Of a DNA stretch of 64,000 bases, positions 61,011 through 64,000 are shown piece by piece. The translations under genes were made by a program, and so were the position numbers. The notes below the pieces were generated by a model, which did not search any database, had not been told where the DNA came from, and saw only the letters and a program-made list of their open reading frames with translations. How positions within the stretch are numbered: position 1 is the first letter of the stretch; every line of letters begins with the position of its first letter. Origin of the DNA: Phycisphaerae bacterium (GTDB taxonomy: Bacteria > Planctomycetota > Phycisphaerae > UBA1845 > Fen-1342); the NCBI GenBank assembly GCA_963666925.2, contig CAXXTC010000007.1, forward strand, positions 160,001-224,000, written 5' to 3'.

Positions 61011-61350
61011 GCGTGGCGGCGGCGTGTTCGCCGGCCGATAACTGTGGTTGAACATGGCGCCGCCGATTTGATTTCGGCGGCGTCGTTATGGGCGGGGTGC
61101 GGTTCGCGGGGACGGTTGTGTGTTTTCGGACGTTCGGTCATGGTCCGATCACTGTTGGGCGGTAGCAGCTGGTCAACGTCCCTATTCGCGGGCGAACACG
61201 ATACATAATTGACATGGTGCGGTGGGCTGACTAGGTTGGAATGCGGCGTTGCACTGGCGGTCGCAGTCTCGGGAAGCTGTAGTGGCGCCGGTAGTATGCT
61301 GACAGGCCGCACCGGCAACGTTTATCAGGGCTTGATTAGGAGGTTCAGAG

Positions 61351-62265
61351 ATGCGACGGGTCACTTCCCTGGCAGCTATCACGTTTCTCGGACTCTTGTC
61401 GCCGGTTGCCCTGGCGCAGCCCGAGATTATCTGGGACAACTTCCTTTCCGAAGGTGGCTATGACGGAGTTTCGTTCTTCAGCTCCGAGACCAACATCGCC
61501 ATAGAGGACTCATGGACCGCGGATGATGCCGTCTGGACGGATGGTGCTGAGATCGTTGCGTTGGAGTGGATGGCGATCTGGCGTCCGCAGTATGAGTACA
61601 CCGCGCAGGTGCTGATTCTGGACACGACCTATGCGCAGTTGTATCTGGCTGTGGATCTTGAGTTTGAGACCGCGGAGCTGAATGATGGCGAGCCGGTGTT
61701 CGGGCTGTCGGCCTACCAGGGACATGTGGAACTGCCCGAGCCTCTTATGCTACCCCCGGGACATTATTATTACTCGGTGCGTCTGGCGACCGAAACCGCG
61801 GGCCGCAACATGGTCCTTACCACAGGCGATGGCGCGCTGCACCCGGACGGTATGACGATGGGTATCGTTCGTAGCCCGGACTACAACCTGCTCCACTGGA
61901 CGTTCATAGCCGATTATAAGGACCAGCCGGCCAGCGATTTTGCCTACCGCGTGTTCGGGTCGACGTTCCCGGACTGTAACGGCAACGCTGTTCCCGATGA
62001 GATCGACTTGGCCAACGGCACGTTGCATGACTTCAACGAGAACGGCGTGCCGGACGAGTGCGACTATCAGCCGGGCGACATGGATTGCAACGGCGTGGTC
62101 AACTTTGACGACATAACGCCGTTTACGATTGCCCTGGGACAGGGCCAGGATGCCTACCAGGAATTGTGGCCGTACTGCAATTTCCTCAACGGGGACATTG
62201 ATGGCAATGGTGTTGTCAACTTCGACGACATTAACGGGTTTGTCGACCTGGTCGTTGGCACGTAG
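61351..62265 (+). CDS. Secreted protein with dockerin-like tag
   Basis: Signal peptide, WTADD, DCNGN.VPD, GDMDCNGVVNFDDI...GDIDGNGVVNFDDI. Confidence 0.85.
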   Translation: MRRVTSLAAITFLGLLSPVALAQPEIIWDNFLSEGGYDGVSFFSSETNIAIEDSWTADDAVWTDGAEIVALEWMAIWRPQYEYTAQVLILDTTYAQLYLAVDLEFETAELNDGEPVFGLSAYQGHVELPEPLMLPPGHYYYSVRLATETAGRNMVLTTGDGALHPDGMTMGIVRSPDYNLLHWTFIADYKDQPASDFAYRVFGSTFPDCNGNAVPDEIDLANGTLHDFNENGVPDECDYQPGDMDCNGVVNFDDITPFTIALGQGQDAYQELWPYCNFLNGDIDGNGVVNFDDINGFVDLVVGT

Positions 62266-62335
62266 AGGCTGACTGGTTATTGATCGGCCCGGGCGCGGGG
62301 GCAATCGCGGGCACAAATCTGAATAGCGCATGCGA

Positions 62336-62370
62336 GCGGGGCTGCCGACCACCTGGGTCGACAGCCCCGC
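62336..62370. terminator. Hairpin between convergent genes
   Basis: GCGGGGCTGCCGACC-ACCTG-GGTCGACAGCCCCGC. Confidence 0.6.
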
Positions 62371-62401
62371 GACGCTAACTACTCATCAACTGCGGGCTTC
62401 G

Positions 62402-64000
62402 TTACGGCATCAGGATGCACTCGCCATTGACGAGGGCTTCCACGAACGGGTCGATGTCGTCGAAGTTCACACTTCCGTCCCAATTGCAGTCGTTGTGCAG
62501 GAAGTCACACGGCGGCGTGCCGGTGAACATGTCCTCCCAATTCATCTCCGCGACCAGGGCTGCGACGAAGAAGTCGATGTCGTCGAAGTTGATTGTCCCG
62601 TCGCAGTTGGAGTCGCCGTGACATTCGCAGATGTCGGCTACGCCGTTGGCGTTGGCGTCGTCACACGTGGTGTCGTCACCCATGTAGGCCCCGCCGGCCG
62701 CGTCGCAATCGTCGGCCGTGAGAACCTCGCAGGCGTAACCCGCCTGGCAGCAGGCGCCGGTCGTCGGCTGCGGGCAGGGGTTCGGGTTACAGACGGTGTC
62801 GTCGCCTTCGTAGGCTCCGCCGGCCGCGATGCAGTCGGCTTCGGTCTGTACGAGGCAGGAGCCATCTTCGTAGCAGCAAGCACCTTCAGGCTGCGGGCAG
62901 GGGTTCGGGTTACAGACGGTGTCGTCGCCTTCGTAGGCTCCGCCGGCCGCGATGCAGTCGGCCTCGGTCTGCACGAGGCAGGAACCGTCTTCGTAGCAGC
63001 ATGCACCAGTCGGCTGCGGACAGGGGTTCGGATCACAGACGGTGTCGTTGCCTTCGTAGGCTCCGCCGGCCGCGATGCAGTCGGCCTCGGTCTGCACGAG
63101 GCAGGAACCGTCTTCGTAGCAGCAGGCGCCGGTCGGCTGCGGACAGGGGTTCGGGTTACAGACGGTGTCGTCGCCTTCGTAGGCTCCGCCGGCTGCAATG
63201 CAGTCGGCTTCAGTCTGCACAAGGCAGGACCCATCTTCGTAGCAGCAGGCGCCGGTCGGCTGCGGGCAGGGGTTCGGATCACAGACGGTGTCGTTGCCTT
63301 CGTAGGCTCCGCCGGCCGCGATGCAGTCGGCCTCGGTCTGCACGAGGCAGGAACCGTCTTCGTAGCAGCATGCACCAGTCGGCTGCGGGCAAGGGTTCGG
63401 ATCGCAATCCGTGCCATCGCCCTGGTAGGTGCCGGCGCTGGCATTGCACAAGGCGATGGTTCTGATGACGCAGGAGCCATCGGCGAGGCAGCAAGCGCCT
63501 TCGGGCTGCGGGCAGGGGTTGGGATCACAGACGGTGTCGTTACCCTCGTAGGTGCCGCCGGCCGCGGAGCAGTCGTCCGCGGTCTGCACGAGGCAGGAGC
63601 CGTCGGTGTAACAGCAGGCGCCGGTCTCGGTGCCGTCGCAACTGAAGGAGTTGATGACGAACGCGTCGAGGCCGGCCTCGACCACATTCTGCGGATCATC
63701 ATCGCGAGCGGTGATGCGGAAGCGGATGGTGGATGTGGCCGTCACTTCCGAGCCGACCTCGATGGAGTCGGTGCGCCAGACGCTGGACGGTTCGTCGTAG
63801 CTGCGAATGGTGGTCCAGTTGTTGCTGGCGGCGTTCGTCGCGACCTCGACGGTCATGGCGTCTTCATCACCCATCGAGCCACTACTGACGTCGTTCAGCC
63901 AGTAGGCGTAGGACACGGTGGCGCCGTCACTCAGGTCGAAGAGTGGCGAGGTGAGCTGGGTGTACCCGTCGTCGATATCCGAGTTATCGTCGCTCTCGTC
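62402..64000 (-). CDS. 5'-partial protein with eight Cys-rich repeats and a dockerin-like tag
   Basis: Frame open to the window end; GACC repeats; GDSNCDGTINFDDI...DCNWDGSVNFDDI. Confidence 0.88.
   Translation of the reverse strand, partial: DESDDNSDIDDGYTQLTSPLFDLSDGATVSYAYWLNDVSSGSMGDEDAMTVEVATNAASNNWTTIRSYDEPSSVWRTDSIEVGSEVTATSTIRFRITARDDDPQNVVEAGLDAFVINSFSCDGTETGACCYTDGSCLVQTADDCSAAGGTYEGNDTVCDPNPCPQPEGACCLADGSCVIRTIALCNASAGTYQGDGTDCDPNPCPQPTGACCYEDGSCLVQTEADCIAAGGAYEGNDTVCDPNPCPQPTGACCYEDGSCLVQTEADCIAAGGAYEGDDTVCNPNPCPQPTGACCYEDGSCLVQTEADCIAAGGAYEGNDTVCDPNPCPQPTGACCYEDGSCLVQTEADCIAAGGAYEGDDTVCNPNPCPQPEGACCYEDGSCLVQTEADCIAAGGAYEGDDTVCNPNPCPQPTTGACCQAGYACEVLTADDCDAAGGAYMGDDTTCDDANANGVADICECHGDSNCDGTINFDDIDFFVAALVAEMNWEDMFTGTPPCDFLHNDCNWDGSVNFDDIDPFVEALVNGECILMP
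62660..63625 (-). repeat. Coding tandem repeat, 8 x about 123 bp (41 aa)
   Basis: Unit TGACCYEDGSCLVQTEADCIAAGGAYEG(N/D)DTVC(D/N)PNPCPQP. Confidence 0.95.

Noticed and set aside
62660..63625. CRISPR array
   Set aside because: Units are 123-bp in-frame coding repeats without unique spacers; no cas genes.

Overview
GC-rich bacterial window, probably Planctomycetota/Phycisphaerae-like (inferred from gene content and protein style, not from a search). In order it holds: a 5'-truncated Ser/Thr kinase-FGE/CLec gene with diversity-generating retroelement (DGR) target hallmarks, followed by an orphan template-repeat cassette with no RT or intact Avd; accessory membrane and secreted genes; the tRNA-Thr-tuf-rpmG-tRNA-Trp-secE-nusG-rplKAJL cluster, not followed by rpoB; a DEAD-box helicase; a type II secretion/pseudopilus cluster (frameshifted gspF, gspG-K, PilM/N- and PilO-like genes) ending in a 4808-aa secretin with about 45 N-domain repeats; housekeeping or degenerate enzymes; and five exported proteins sharing a C-terminal dockerin-like tag (including a gingipain-like C25 peptidase) around an SPFH gene pair. 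Top leads: (1) the giant secretin and its possible dockerin-tagged cargo, (2) a non-autonomous mini-DGR RNA cassette whose template does not match the adjacent target, (3) an in-frame TGA followed by a SECIS-like hairpin in a secreted cysteine-protease-like gene, (4) 10-bp-phased hexamer arrays in two intergenic regions. All assignments come from manual motif reading; no searches were run.
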